Assembly (NCBI GenBank): GCA_024137785.1
Contig: JAHRHZ010000116.1
Coordinates: 1 to 64,000 of the forward strand
Source of the DNA: Ginglymostoma cirratum
Taxonomy: Eukaryota
Length of the DNA: 64,000 nucleotides
Reading direction: 5' to 3'
Positions 23,710 through 37,880 of the stretch are shown one piece after another. Position 1 is the first letter of the stretch. Every line of letters begins with the position of its first letter. Under the pieces are notes generated by a model that was not told where the DNA came from, made no database searches, and worked only from the letters and a program-made list of their open reading frames with translations. The translations under genes were made by a program, and so were the position numbers.

Positions 23710-26040
23710 TTCAGAAGAATCATGAGGTGTATGGATTGGATAAATAGACAAGGTCTTTTCCCTGGTGTAGGGGAATCCAAAACTAGAGTCCATAGGTTTA
23801 AGGTGAGGGGGAAGGATTTAAAAGGGACCTCAGCAGGAACTTTTTCACGCAGAATGTTGTACATTTATGGAATCAGCTGCCAGAGGAAGTGGTGGAGGCT
23901 GGTACAATCATAACATTTAAAAGGCATCTGGATGGGCAAAAAAATAGGAAGGGTTTAGAGGGATATAGGCCAAATGCTGGCACAGGGGACGAGGTATATT
24001 TAGGATATCTGGTCGGCATGGACGAGTTGTATTGAAGGGTTTGTTTCCGTTCTGTATATCTCCATGACTCTTAGTCCATTGCTCCCCGAAAGAGACCATG
24101 TACGTCAATACAATGGTAAAGAATGTGTAGTGCATACTTGTATTTATTGTTTGGGGAACTGAGTACAAGAGTCAGGATGCCATGTTGCATAATTATAAGA
24201 CTTTGGTTAGGCCACACAGTGTGGTGCATTCAGTTCTGCACGCCATGTTAGCGGAAGTGTGTTTACCAGAATGCTGTCTGGATTAGAGGGCACCAACAAT
24301 GAGGAGAGGCTATAAAAATCTCGTGCGTTTTCTCTGGAGTGGTGGATGCTGAGAGGACGCTTGATGAAGTCTATATAATTATAAGATGCATAGATGAGGT
24401 TGACCATCAGAATCTTTTTTTCCCAGAGCTGAAATGTCTAAAAATACGGAGCATAAATTTAAGGTGAGGGGAGGGGGCGGGGGGTGGAGTTCAAAGGAGA
24501 TGTGAGGGGCAAACGTTTTTACAAAGAGAGTGGAAGGAGTGGAGAACGTGTTGTCAAAGGTGGTGGTGGAAGCAGAAATGGTAGAGATGTTTATAACATT
24601 TTAAATAAGCATATGAATGTGGAGGAAATGGAGTGAAATGAAACAAAGGCAAGCAGAAGATGTTTACTTTGGCGTCATGTTTGGCAAAAAGTTGCGGTCT
24701 GACGTGTCTGTTCCTGTGCTGTATAGTTTTTGCCGTCTGTTATAACAGTCAGTATTCATATTTTTTAAGGGGACATCAAGCCGAACAAACTTGATTCAAT
24801 TTTGTTTTTAGTTAGGTGTCCAGGTGTTTCCATCAGGGCATTACGTTTTATGTCGTTTCTTTGGACGTCATCACGACTTTTGAAAAGGCCCCGCATGGGA
24901 GACTGGTAACAAAATTAAGGACCCATGGAATCCATTAAAATTTGGCAGATTAGATCCATAATTGGCTGAGTGGTAGGAAGTAGAACAGAAATATGGCTAG
25001 TAAGTTTGCGGATAACACCAAAATTGCAGTGGACATCAAAGAAGGTTACCTCAGTACAACGGACCGTGATCAAACGGGCCGATGGTTAGTGCATTGAGTA
25101 TAGGAGTTAACAGGTCATGTTGTGGCTGTTGATTAGACCGCTGTTGGAATACTGCGTGCAATTCTGATCTCCCTGCTATAGGAGTGATATTGTAAAACTT
25201 GAAAGAGTTCAGAAAAGATTTACAAGGATGTTGCCAGGGAAGGAGTGTATGAGCTACAGGAACAGGCTGAATAGGCCAGGGAGGTTGAGGGATGGTTTTG
25301 CAGTGATTTATAAAATAATGAGGGGCGTGGATAGGATAAATAGACAAGGTCTTTTTCCCACAATGGAAGAGTCCAAAACTAGACAGCATAAGTTTAAGGT
25401 GATAGGGCAACGATTTAAAAGGGAGATAAGTAGCATCTTTTTCACAGGAGGGTCATGCGTGTATGGAATGATTTGTCAGAGGAAATGATGGAGGCTGGTA
25501 TAATTGCAACATTCAAAAGACATCTGGATGGGTATATGAGATAAGAGGAACTCCATTTCTGATGAAGGTTCCAGGCCCGAAACGTCAAGCTTTCCTGCTC
25601 CTATGGTGCTGCTTGGATGGGTATATGAGCAGGAGGGGCTAAGAAGGATATAGCCCAAACGTTGGCAAATGGGACGAGATCTTTTTAAGGATACCTGGTC
25701 GCCATGGACGAGTTGACTGAAGGGTCTACTTCTGTGCTGTACACTTCTTTGACTCTATTTTCGAGTGTTTTTTTTTCACTGGATGGCTGCCTCCAGTGGA
25801 TTTCCATAGTAGTTAATGTTGGTCCGTGGCGTTTTATGGTTTATAAAACTAATTTAGACTTGCATGTCGGAGAGCTAATCGTCAATTAGCAGATGATACC
25901 AAAATAGTGGCTGGTAGACTGTGAGGAGGGCAGACTTAGCTTATTGGAGAGTATAGACAAGCTGGTCAGCCGGGCTGATCAGTCGTTAATGGAATTCAAT
26001 TTTGATTAGTGAGAAGTGACATATTTGAACAGGGAAATCG
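23710..26040 (+). mobile_element. Stacked CR1 3'-end fragments
   Basis: Several repeats of the CR1 C-terminal sequence (RPLLEYC, RFTRML, YKIMRG, GLFP). Confidence 0.7.
25541..25613 (+). mobile_element. 73-bp Penelope-end mini-insertion containing a hammerhead motif (25555-25590)
   Basis: 16-bp perfect TSD tggatgggtatatgag at 25525-25540 and 25614-25629. Insert contains CTGATGAAGGTTCCAGGCCCGAAACGTC. Confidence 0.8.
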
Positions 26041-26329
26041 GTCATTGCATTCCACTGTTAAACAAAAGGTTGCTGGTTCATGGACCAGCCAGGGATGGAA
26101 GCCAATTTATTTCTTCCATCGGCATACTCCATGACACAATCCTGATTGTCAGTGGGATTTTGACTGTAAGACAATTTCGCCAAATGTTACTCGTTCCACA
26201 GGTATACCTCAAAGACAGTCTCTAATGCATTGTGCTGCAAATTATGAAGAAAATTGAATTTTTGCTTTAATTCCTAATTAATTTACTGCTCCTTGAGTCC
26301 TGACTATCTTATTTCATCCAATATGTTTG

Positions 26330-26742
26330 TGCAGTTGCAGATACATTCTGCATTGCTCAAAAAAACCTGACCCAGTTTAAAACATAGACAGATTCTAAGC
26401 CAGACCTCACACCTAAAATACATTTTCTGACCTGAGGTTTCACCACTTGTATACATTGATAAAACCATTAATTACCTTGCGACAATGATTTCAGAGGAAT
26501 CTGGATTTTGTATTGCAATCAGTAGTCTACTTCCTCTCCACTTAAAGATTCAACAGGAGACGGCCAGTTTTCGGGTGCTTACCTTTCTGCTTATAAATTC
26601 TGCGTCTTATGCATTCTTTCTCTCAATATGTCTGAGGAAGGAGCTGAACTCTGAAAGCTTTCGTTTTCAAGTTGGACTATAAACTGGTGTCGTGTGATTT
26701 TTGATCTTGTCCACCCCAGCCCAACACCAACATCTCCACATC
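26330..26742 (+). repeat. Penelope-type terminal repeat with degenerate hammerhead core at about 26632-26660
   Basis: CTGAGGA-AGGAGCTGAACTCT-GAAAGCTT followed by the same tail as 767-892. Confidence 0.55.
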
Positions 26743-27079
26743 TCACAGACACGCCAGAGATTTGTTTAGGTCCAGACTGGGTGGTAGGTTCCCCTCCCTG
26801 AAGGATAATCGTGAACCAGTTCATGTTTTGCAACAGCCTGGCAGCTTTCATAGTCATTTTCTCCTCCTGGTAGCCTCACAAATGACCAGATTCAGTCATC
26901 TGAATTTCATAACTCTCTTTTTTTATGAGTTCTCTCTCTCGCATTCATCTTTTCCCCTTTGAAATCACAGAGTATAAGTAAAGAGAGGATTTTCAGTTGG
27001 GGAAACTCAAACCAAACATCACATCAGTATCTGACGGACACACTCAATTTATCGCAACCCGGAGAAAGCATCCCTCAGA

Positions 27080-27870
27080 GCATAGAGAAACTGTACAAGT
27101 AATCTATGTGTGGGCAAGGCTTCAGGCGACAATCTGACTTGTCAGAACGTACACGCAGTCTCAGTGATGAGAAGCTGTGGAAATGTACCGACTGTGGGAA
27201 GTGATTAAACCTTCAGCGCGCACACAGTGGGGGGAAGCCATTCACCTGTTCCGAATGTGCGAAACGATTCACTCTCTCCTGAAATCTGCAGACACACCAC
27301 CGCATTCATGCTGGGCAGAGGCTGTTCACTTGCTCCGAGTGTGGTAAGGAATTCAATACACGTCCAACCTGTTGTCACACCAAAGAGTTCACACTGGGGG
27401 GAGGCCATTCAGCTGCTCCCAGCATGGGAAATGATTTGCTCTGTCATCCCCTTTGTGGAGACGCCAGCGGTTTCACACTTTTCAATGCCCAGAGTGCGGG
27501 AAGGGCTGAAAAAGTTCTTTGGAACTGATGTCCCATCGACGTATTCGCATCAACGGGAGACCATTCTAGTGCTTTCACTGTGAGATGGGGTTCAGACGAT
27601 CATCAGAGCTCTCTGTTCACCAGCAAACTCACACTGAACACAATGCTTTGAGTGTGGGAAGGATTCAATCATAAATGCACCCTTCTTAAACAGTGGAGCT
27701 CTCACACTGTGGAGAGCCCATTGACTCGCTAGTGGAAAGGGATTCATTTGTTCATTGCACCTCCTGACACAAAGGACGGTCCGCACTGAGCAGAGGCCAT
27801 TCGCCTGCTCTGAGTGTGAGATAAGATTCATGGAGTCATCCCACCTGTTGAGATAGCAGAGAGTTCATCA
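27080..27870 (+). pseudogene. Degenerate C2H2 zinc-finger array
   Basis: Fragments such as EKLWKCTDCGK, HSGGKPFTCSEC, RPFACSECEIRFMESSHLLR, broken by frameshifts and stops. Confidence 0.8.
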
Positions 27871-29189
27871 GCATCTGCAGTTATAACCAAAACTAAACTC
27901 TGTACGTTGGAATCTGCTTCTACTGATGTTGACAAACTTCTGCCCGGTTATAGGTGTTAGTCGTCTGAATAAATTTCAAATACATCAGCTTTATGTTAAT
28001 TGTCAGTGTGTTGAGCCTTGGTAGTATTTCTAACAGTTTCTTTTAATAGCTATCCCTTTACCCTACCCACCCCAACTGCCTCTTCTAATCCATCCTCACC
28101 TCAGACAGCAAGTGCGACGAGCTCATTGTGCGTCTTTGTCACTGTAGATTGAGAAAATGTTCTCAGCTTTCCACTTTTCCACCAGGGAGGGGTCTTGTGG
28201 AAAGTGGTATTGTCCTTACTTCGCGACCAGGAGGCCGGATTCAGGTCGAACTTTCTTCAGAGGTGAGTAATAACATCTCTGAAAAGGCTGATTAGAAAGT
28301 ACTCACAAGGTACCAGGCCTTGTCTTACATGTGGCCTCGCCTGAGCTTCAAAATAGAATCCTACCCTTGTGCCTCTCCTTTCAGACTCTCCCATTGCTCG
28401 GTTTATCCAGGAGACCCTCCTGTTTCTCCGTTGATCCTGTCCTCACTAAACTGTCCATTCCTCATTTTCCCCAAACTGATCCATTATTTATAATCCCAAT
28501 GATCCATTCCTCTAGCCCCACCCCCTCTCCTCTATTGGTCAATAGCTGCTGTCAATCTGGGGCATGCGTTGTACCTGTAGATACCAGCGCGCAGCAACTG
28601 TGTTAACGAACTTGAAGGATGCGTCGTACAGCTAAGTGCCAAAGAGAGGCTGTGGGTGTCTGGATTTTTTTTTTTGCCATTGGCAGCTCTCTTCCTCCAT
28701 GAACAGGACTCCATCCTGGAGCATAGAGTGGAATAGGTGAAGCCGTGAGTGCGGAATATGAATAAGAGGTTCTAGAAGTCAATGACACTCTCGTCAGGAA
28801 GGAAATCCTGGGAGGTGGGCGTGCAGGACTCACCAACACCGGGTAGAGACCCCAAAACCCGGATCAGACTCTTTGATTCTTAGTCTGCAGACCAAGGCTT
28901 CAGAACAAAATCCAGAAAATGAAGAGGGGCGGAAGGAAGAGAGAGAGAGAGAGAGAAGTTGTGTAAGACTGGGGCTAAAAGATTTGGGAGAAAAAGAAGG
29001 AAACGTGCTCCATTTCAAGCTACGGTTTTCTGTTGTGAATTTCCAATCTGCATTGACAGTGTCGACTTTTGTTTACTTTGTGGTACGATACCGAAGGAGT
29101 GTATTTGCTGCTTTGAAACTCAAATCGAGCTTCCTCTCCAGATCTGACAGTTATTTAATTCATCCCGAGCTGAACAGCATCGTACTTTG

Positions 29190-30120
29190 AATGAGGAAGG
29201 AAATGTTGTTCATTATGACTGTGGACAAATATTTCAAATTGCAGTGTGATTGAAAATATATTGAGACATATGTACACCCAAGTGCATATTAGTGTCGTGA
29301 CTGCGGAAAGAGATTTAAGTATTTCGTAGTTTGTTAAAATATGGCACATTGCCAAGGAACGATTAAGCCACATATTCATTTTGTATAAGGACAAGCCTTC
29401 AATTGATCATCCAACATGGAAACACAAAAGACACCTGCACAACGAAGAAACATGGAAATATAGGGAATGGGGTAAAGGATTTGATTATCGAAATTGGCTT
29501 GACATCCATCGGAGCAGTCATGTCGGCTCGAGAACCATTGAAAGACTGTGGAAATGTGATGATTGCAGTGTAGGATTCAATTATTCATCACAAATGGAAA
29601 TCCATCGATGTCATCACGTCTGGCCCAGCACCGCAGAGATACCATGGACATTTTAGGACTGTGAGAAAGGATTGTATTATTCTACCCAGCTGGAAATCCA
29701 TGGAGGCAGTCACACTGTGAGACACCTTTCACCAGTTCCGTGTGTGGGAAAGGATTTAGAAAGTCAACCTGCCTCGTGTCACACCAGAACATTGACACCG
29801 GGAGAGGCCGTTCATTTGCTCTCTTGGTGTAAAGGGATTCACTCGGTCATTCACTCTCGTGACACACCAGTGAATTCAGACTGAGGAAATGCCGTTCAGC
29901 TGTCCTTTTTGTAGAAAGTGGCTCAGGTCTTCCTCCGAACACAATGCACATAAAGTAGTTCACACAGTGGAGATACCAATCACCTCTTTCGCGTGTGAGA
30001 GGGGATTCAGTAAATCTTCCTTCCTCACAGAACACCGATGCCCTCTCACTGGAGGGGCGCAATAAAGCTGCTCGCTGTGTGCGAATGAATTCACTCTCTT
30101 GTATAAACTGCTGAAACATA
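29190..30120 (+). pseudogene. Degenerate C2H2 zinc-finger array
   Basis: WKYREWGKGFDYRNWLDIHRSSH, WKCDDCSVGFNYSSQMEIHRCHH and ERPFIC-type remnants with many lesions. Confidence 0.75.
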
Positions 30121-31109
30121 AGTAAATTCATAGGGGTCTGCCGGGCTTTGATTCTGCTGTTGATCAGGTCCACGATGGATAGTCTGGCAACTTTTGGTTT
30201 GTGTCTGGTCGTGTGAAAAACCCTTAAACTTGTTCATGTTTATGTTGTGGATAAGCCACAGATGACAATGGTTGCAATGATCCTTTTTGGAAATAATGTC
30301 CCCTTGATTCAAGAGCTCAACAACAAATTGTTTGCAGTAAAATTATAAACATTTCGTTCAATCATAACTGGGTCTTTGAAATATTATTTACAGCTATGTG
30401 CCAGGTATGACTCAAACTAGAAAAGAGCTTGGCATAGTGGCTTAATGGTTAGCATTGCTGCTTCACAGCAACCCCATGTGTCAGTATGACCAAAGAACAG
30501 TGTCTCGTGTTCTCTTCTATCATGGAAACTGATGATGGCCTGGTCACTATTGCCGTTCTGCTTGTGAGAGTTTATAGATTTTCCAATATTATATTAACAA
30601 ATCCAAGTTCAACAGGGCTTAGTCAGCTGGAAAGCATTTTCTTTCCCATTGGTATTGAAAGGCAGTGTATAATGTGAGAATATTAATTATTTCAAAATCC
30701 ACGAGTGTGGATTTTGGACTCAGTCTGTGTTTCAATTTCCATTGTAAAATTAGTGAATGATTGCAAATGAATGGAAATAAATAAGCGCAGGAGTGACACA
30801 ATTATTCTTATTCTACATTAACAGATAACTGACTGGATTTAACGGAAAGGTATTCCAAAGGGCCAAGTTGGGCCTCTTGTTGTTTTTCAGTATCTGTTAC
30901 TATTGTTGACATTGATATGGGAGGCATGATTGGGAAGTTTGAAGATAACCCAAAGCTGACCAGCAGCCGACAATGAAGAGAATGGCTACTGACTTCAAGA
31001 AGAGAGAAATGGTGTGGGAGAGTGAGCTAAGAGGTGAGAAGAATAATTCAATCTGGAGAATTGTAATGTCATGCATTTGTATTGGGCAAACAAAACAATT
31101 TAGTGCACA

Positions 31110-34100
31110 ATACAATGTGGGAGCTGGCTGATACCATTGCGAACTGCAGAGACCACATCTGCAGCAAGTGTTGGTTGCTCAAGGAGCTTCGGCTTAGACT
31201 TGATGAGCTGGATTCTAAGCTTCAAACACGGTGGCACATCCTGGAGAGGAGAAGTACCTGGGCGTTTTGTTTCAGGAGGCTGTCACACCTGGCAGATTAA
31301 GTACTTCAAATTTGGTCAGTGGCCAGGGCAGCAGAGTGTGACTGTATGTGAGGCAGATAGAGGTATCCTGCAGTCAGGAACTGAGGAGCCTCAGCTTTAG
31401 ACCTTGTCCAACATGAAAGAGGCACTTGCTCCCTGTGTGGATTAGGTAAAGGGCTGCAGGGAGGATGAATCAACTGCCCACTGATTCAAAAGGAGGGAAG
31501 CAAAAAGACAAGTGGTAGTTGTCGGGGTGCCTATAATTAGGGGGATAGATAGTATACTTTGGAAGCAAGATCGAGAGTCTGGCATGATGTGTTGCCTGCC
31601 TGGTACCAGGGTAAAGGATATCTCTGACTGACTTGAAAAGATATTGGAGCGGGAGGGGGAGGATCCAGTCATTGTGGTCCATGCCGGAACAAACAACATA
31701 GGCAAGACTAGGAAAGAGGACCTGTTCAGAGATTATCAGGAGCTAGGAACTAAATTAAAGAACAGGTACTCAATGGTTATAATCCCCGGATTACTGCCCG
31801 AGCCATGTGCTAATTGGTATAGAGATATGAGAGTAAGGGAAGTAAATACATGGCTAAAAGAGTGGTGCGGGAAAGAGGGATTCCTTTTAATGGGACACTC
31901 CATCAGTATTGGAACAGAAGGGATCTGTACCATGGGTCTCCACCTGAATCGAGCTGGGATCAATGTCCTTGCGAAAAGGGTAAATAGGCTGGTCAACAGC
32001 ACTTTAGACTAGAAAGTATGGGGTGGGGGGAAGAGAATGGTGAAATGTGCCCCAGTGGGAAACAAAGCAGAATGTTAAAATCTGTAGTGGTGGATTCAAC
32101 TACGTGGAAAAGAAATTGAGAGAAATGACAGGGAAGGAGAACTCAGGAGAGGTTATTAAAGTCTCCAGCACAGACACAAATAGGAAAGAGTGTTTGCAAA
32201 GGGCTAGCAATCAGACTTCAAGCACACTGGCTAAATGAATGATAATGAGAAGAGGGACGGTTAATACAGGAATGAAGCTGTTATATCTGAATGCGCACAG
32301 TATAAGGAATAAGGTAAATGAGTTTGTGGCGCAGATTGAAATTGGCGGGTATGACGTGGTGTGCATCACGGAGACGTGGCTGCAAGGGGATCAGGATTGG
32401 GAACTGAATATCCAAAGATATAAATCCTATCGAAAAGGTAGGCAGGTGGGGCGAGAGGATGGGGTTGCCTTATCAGTAAGAAATGAAATTAAATCAAAAG
32501 GTAGAAACGAAGTAGGGTCTGATGGTGTAGAATCTGTGTGGATAGAATTAATGAACAGCAAACATAGTTGGAATTGTGTACAGGCCTCCAAACGATAGTC
32601 AGGAGCTGGGGCACAAGATACACCAGGAGATAGAAAACGTGTGTAAGAAAGGCAAAGTCACAGTGATCATAGGGGATTTCAATGTGCATATGGACAGGGA
32701 AAATAATGTTGGTAGTGGATTGCAAGAAAAGGAGTTTGTGGTTTGTCTGTGAGATGGCTTTTTGGAGCAGCTTGTGGTGGAGGCCACAAGGGAACAGGCA
32801 ATACTGGATTTAGTGTTGTGCAATGAACCTAAGGTGAAGGAACCCTGAGGAGGCAGTGATCATAATATGATATAATTTACTCTGCAATTTTAGAGGGAGA
32901 AGATAGAATCAAAGGTAACGGCATTACAGCTGAATAAAGGACACTACAGAGGTATGAGGGAGAAGCTGGACGGATTTCACGGGAAGAGGAGCCAAGCAGG
33001 AAAGACAGTGGAACAACAATGGCAGGAGTTTCTGGGACTAATCCTGGAGACACAGCAAAAATGCATCCCTCAGAAAAATAGGCATGTTACAGGGAAGATG
33101 AGGCAACCATGGCTGACTAAGGAAGTCAAGGATAGCATAAAGGCAAAAGAGAAAGCATGCAATGTGGCTAAGGGCCATGGGAAACCAAAGAATTGGGAAG
33201 CTTTCAAAGACCAACAGAGGCCAACAAATAAAAAAAGAAGGGAGAAGATTAATTATGAGGGTAAGCTAGCCAGTAGTACAGATGAAGACTGTCAGAGTTT
33301 CTTTAGATATATAAAGGGCAAAAGACAGGCAAGAGTGGACATTGGACCACTGGAAAATGACTCTGGAGAGATAGTACTGAGGAACAATGAAATGGCTGAG
33401 GAACTGAATAATTACTTCGCGTTAGTCTTCATGGTGGAAGACACGAGTAATGTCCACAAAATTCCAGAGATGCAGGGGGCACAGCTGAGTATGGTGGCCA
33501 TCACTAAGGAAAAGATGAAAGTAAAATTGACTGGCCTGAAGGTGGATAATTAACCTGGACCAGGTGGACTACACCCCAGAGTTCTAAAGGACATAGCTGA
33601 AGAGATTATGGAAACGTTAGTGGTGATCTTTCAGGGATCGCTCTAGTCAGGGAGGACCCCAAAGGACTGGAAAATCGCTAATGCAGCACCCATGTTTAAA
33701 AAGGGAGTAAGGCAAAAGACGGAAAATTACAGGCTGATTAGCATAACCTCGGTCGTGAGTATGATTTTGGAGTCCATTGTGAAAGATGAGATTTCTAAAT
33801 ATTTGGAAGTGTATGGCAGAATAGGGCAAAGTCAGCATGGTGTCATCAAGAAGAGGTCAAGCCTGACAATTCTGCAGGAATTCTTTGACGAAGTAACGAG
33901 CAAGATAGACCAAGGAGAGCAAATGAATGTTATCTACCTACATTTCAAGAAGGCCTTTGACAAGGTGCCACACAGGAGGCTGCTGAGTAAGATAAGGGCC
34001 CATGGTGTTCGAGGCAAGGTGCTAGCATGGATAGAAGATTGTCTGTCTGACAGAAAGCAGAGAATGGGGATAAAAGGGTATTTCTCACAATGGCAGCCGA

Positions 34101-35122
34101 TGACAAGTGGTGTTCTACAATGGTCATTGTTGGGACCACAACGTTTCACTTTATACATTAATGATCTAGATGAAGGAACTGTGGGCATTCTGGCTGAGAT
34201 TGCAGACAATACAAAGATAGATGGAGGGACAGGTAGTATTGAGGAGGTGGGGAGACTGCAGAAGCATTTGGACAGTTTCAGAGAGTGGGTTTCAGAGAGT
34301 GGAGTACAACGTGGGAAAGTGTGAGGTCATGCACTTGAGTCAGAAGAATAAAAGCATGGACTATTTTCTAAATGGGGAAAAAATTCAGAAGTTTGCAATG
34401 CAAAGAGGCTTGGGATTTCTAGCCCAGGATTCTCTCAAGGTAAACTTGCATGTTGAGTCAGTAGTCAGGAAGGCAAATTCAATATTGGCCTTTATTTTGA
34501 GAGGACTTGAATGTAAAAACAGGAATGTACTACTGAGGCTTTATAAGGCCCTGGTCAGGCCACATTTGGAGTATTGCATGCAGTTTTGGGCCCCATATCT
34601 CAGGAAGGATGTATTGGCCCCGGAAAGGGTTCAGAGGAGGTTCACAAGAATGGTTCCACGAATGAGAAGCTTAACATATGAGGAATGTTTGAGGGCTCTG
34701 GGAATATACTCATTGGAGTTTAGAAGGATGAGGGGGAACCTAATTGAAACTTACAGAATTCAGAATGGCCTGGACAGAGTGGATGTTGGGAAGATGCTCC
34801 CATTGGTAGTAGAGACTAGGACACGAGGGCACAGCCTTACAGTAAAGGGAAGACCTGTTAGAAGAGTGATAAGGAGAAACTTTTTCAGCTAGAGATTGGT
34901 GATTCTATGGAATTCACTGCCACAGAAGGCTGTGGAGGCCAGATCATTAAGCACATTTAAGACTAAGATAGATAAGCTTTTGACTATCAAGGGGATCAAG
35001 GGTTACAGGGAGAATGTGGGAGAATGGGGTTGAGGAACTTATCAGCCATGATTGAATAGCGGAGCAGACTCGATGGGCCGAATGGCTCATTATGCTCCTA
35101 TGTTTTATGGTCTTATGGTCTT
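31110..35122 (+). mobile_element. Near-full-length degenerate CR1 LINE
   Basis: ORF1 VVHAGTNN and GLHLN; EN LNAHSIRNK...ITETWL; RT NYRLISITS, FKKAFDKVPH, RPHLEYC; 3' (TTATGG)-type tail. Confidence 0.92.
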
Positions 35123-36289
35123 ACAACGGACGGTACAGACCGTGACAGAAGAAATGGGAGACGTTTGGGTCAATAGTGACCTGTTCCCTGAAGTTGGCAG
35201 GGCAGGTGAATAAGGTGGTAAAAATGAAATATGGTAGCCTTCCTTCAGATGCGGATTACAGAGCGCACATGGCATTGTGATCTTTAGTAATCCTGTTAAA
35301 ATGACACTCGACAGTTTGGCGAGACTGTCAGTTTGGATCTGAAGACGGATGTGAGTGGCATCACTGAAACAATAAAGGATCATGAAATGGCAGAAGGCAA
35401 AGGAAGTTTTGATTAGGCTCACTCACACCTTCTTTTGTGTATTTGACCAGGTGGATACAGAAACTTTGGAAGGAGAATGACTAGCCACACAGTGCAGGAA
35501 AAGCTGCTAATATCAGAGGTAAGAAGTGATGTTGTACTGCCACAAATTTACTTGATAAGTGCTTTAATTCGACAAGTGCTATGATTCACCTGACAAGGTA
35601 AATCACCCTCGAGGACTATTGACCTCCGTGTCTCAAAAGGAAAAGACAAATCTGTTCGTGTTTCACGTCAGACGGAGTACAGACGACAAGTAGAAGAACA
35701 TTTTGCGCTCTGATGGCTCTTCATTGTTTTGCAGGACATGAACGCTAGCAACAAGATACAGAATCTGCGCAACATTCCTTCGCCTCTGTGGATAAGGCTA
35801 GATCCCTGGGGGTAAGTGTCTCCCATAACAAATCTCAGTACAGTTTACCAGAGTTGTTGTGTCCTTTTGGAATACGAGTAGCTTCACATTCAACAAGTCA
35901 GCATATCAAGCTCGAACAGCCGACAAAGGCACTCACAAAGGCAGTCTCTTCCACTCAGAAGACTTGGGGAAAACAAAATAATGTTCAGCTTCAATTGCTG
36001 ACTTGTATCTGCAGCCAACAGCACGACCGTAGGTGCGGCAGCAATGAAAACCAGGCACAGCTTAGTTCACAGCACGGGCCTTATGGAATCCACCAGAAAA
36101 ACTGAAGTTACTAGTCTGCCTAGATTGAGGATGAGGCATGAAGGCTGATGCTGCTCTTTTCAACAACTCTCACAGTCCAACAACCTTTAATTTGAATAAT
36201 CTGTCTGATCCATTTGGTGCTCAATGCAACCCGATAGCTCAGTAAAATGCTCTAGACCAATGTTAATACTTCGTGTAAGAGTACAAAAT

Positions 36290-37880
36290 GGCATACAACT
36301 GGGCACTAATCATAGATTCATGCAGATTCATACTATACAGAGGAGATGTTCTGCCCACAGAGTCTGTGCAACCAAAATTACACTTGAGCTACATTGGCCC
36401 TACTTTCCAGGAGTAGACCTACAGTGTTTATTGTTATGACAGTTCAGGTGCTCATCCGAGTGTAGTTCAGTGAAGATTGTCAGCTTTCATGCCTCAATTA
36501 TCCTCCCTGGCAGTACATTTCAGGCCACCTGCTACCCTCATGGTGAAAAAAAAATCAAATCGCCTCTAAACCTTATGCCTTCAAACTTAAAATGTGCTGC
36601 CTTGATATCGACCCACAACTGAAAGGAACAGTTGTTTTCTGTCCACATATATATGTCCCTGATAATCTTATTCGATTCCATCAGATTACCCACCCCCACT
36701 GTCTGTTCCAAAGAAACTAACCCGAGCTTACCAAGACTCTCTTCATCGCATAATCACTCGACCCCAGGCAACATTCTGGTGAAACTTATCTCTACCTCCC
36801 TCTAGTGCCTTAAATCCTTCATGTAGTGCAGGTAGCAGAATGCACACAGTATTCCAGCTATGTCCTAAAAAAGTCCTGAGCAGCTCCAAAATGACCACCT
36901 TGAATTATCAATTATGCCTCGCCTGAATAAGGCAAGTGCCATGTTTGTCTTTTGAACTGCTCGATTAAGCTGCCCTGTCACACTCAGTGGTTTGTCGGCA
37001 AGCAGACCAAGATCCTTTCCTTCTGATAGGCCCAGTGTCCTACCATTCATGAGTTTTCTCTTGTCGTGTTATGTTTTTCAAAGTGTTTCACATCATACTT
37101 ATCATGGCTCAATTCAATCCATCACCGATGTACTCTTTGACCGCCCCATTTGATCCTTCCATAATCTAAGACCTTCCTCCACTCTATCAGTCTTCTGTCA
37201 AATCTGTCAATCTTGGTGTCATCTGAAACGTAGTTTTCGTACACCGACACATCCCCGACTCCCAACGTATTCTCATACACATATTTATACATCTAACGAA
37301 CAATAATTTACCTAACCCTGATCGATGTGGAATGCTACTGCATACACGCTTCCAGTCACATAGCCTTCTGACATAACAGTCCGTTTCCTACCACTAAGCC
37401 ACTTCTGGATCCAAATTTCCAGCTTACCCCGGATCACAAGTGTTTTTACCTGTTGTATGAGTCACCCATGTGGGACTCTGTCAAAAACTGCAGAAATCCA
37501 TGAAAACTGCATCAACAACACAACCCATCGACACAACTGTACACATCCTCGAAATTTTCAATGAAATTTCTTAGGCATAACCTCCCTGTGACAAAAACAT
37601 ACTGACTGTCCCTGAGTAAATCTTCAGACTCCAAGAGGGGATAACGACTCTTCTTCATAATTTTCTCAAAGTGTTTCACTGCCACAGATGTCAGACTAAC
37701 TTGTCTACGGATGTCCGATCCATTTCTACCACACTTCTTGCAAAATAGAACCATATTTGCTGTCTCCAAGTTCTCAGGCTAGTCAGCGAGGAGTGAGAAA
37801 TCGGGTCAGCGACCCGAAGATTACGTTCCTCTTATGGCACAGCATCCTGGGATAAAACTCATCTGGACTTCCATGTTTAT
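36290..37880 (-). mobile_element. Degenerate CR1 RT/3' fragment
   Basis: Minus-strand RQVSLTSV...FVTGRLCLRNFIENFEDV and NGRTLG...DLG motifs. Confidence 0.7.

Noticed and set aside
35250-35370. Minus-strand RLQIQTDSLAKLSSVILTGLLKITMPCAL resembling a V framework 3
   Set aside because: No YYC, no upstream Trp or Cys, and no RSS.
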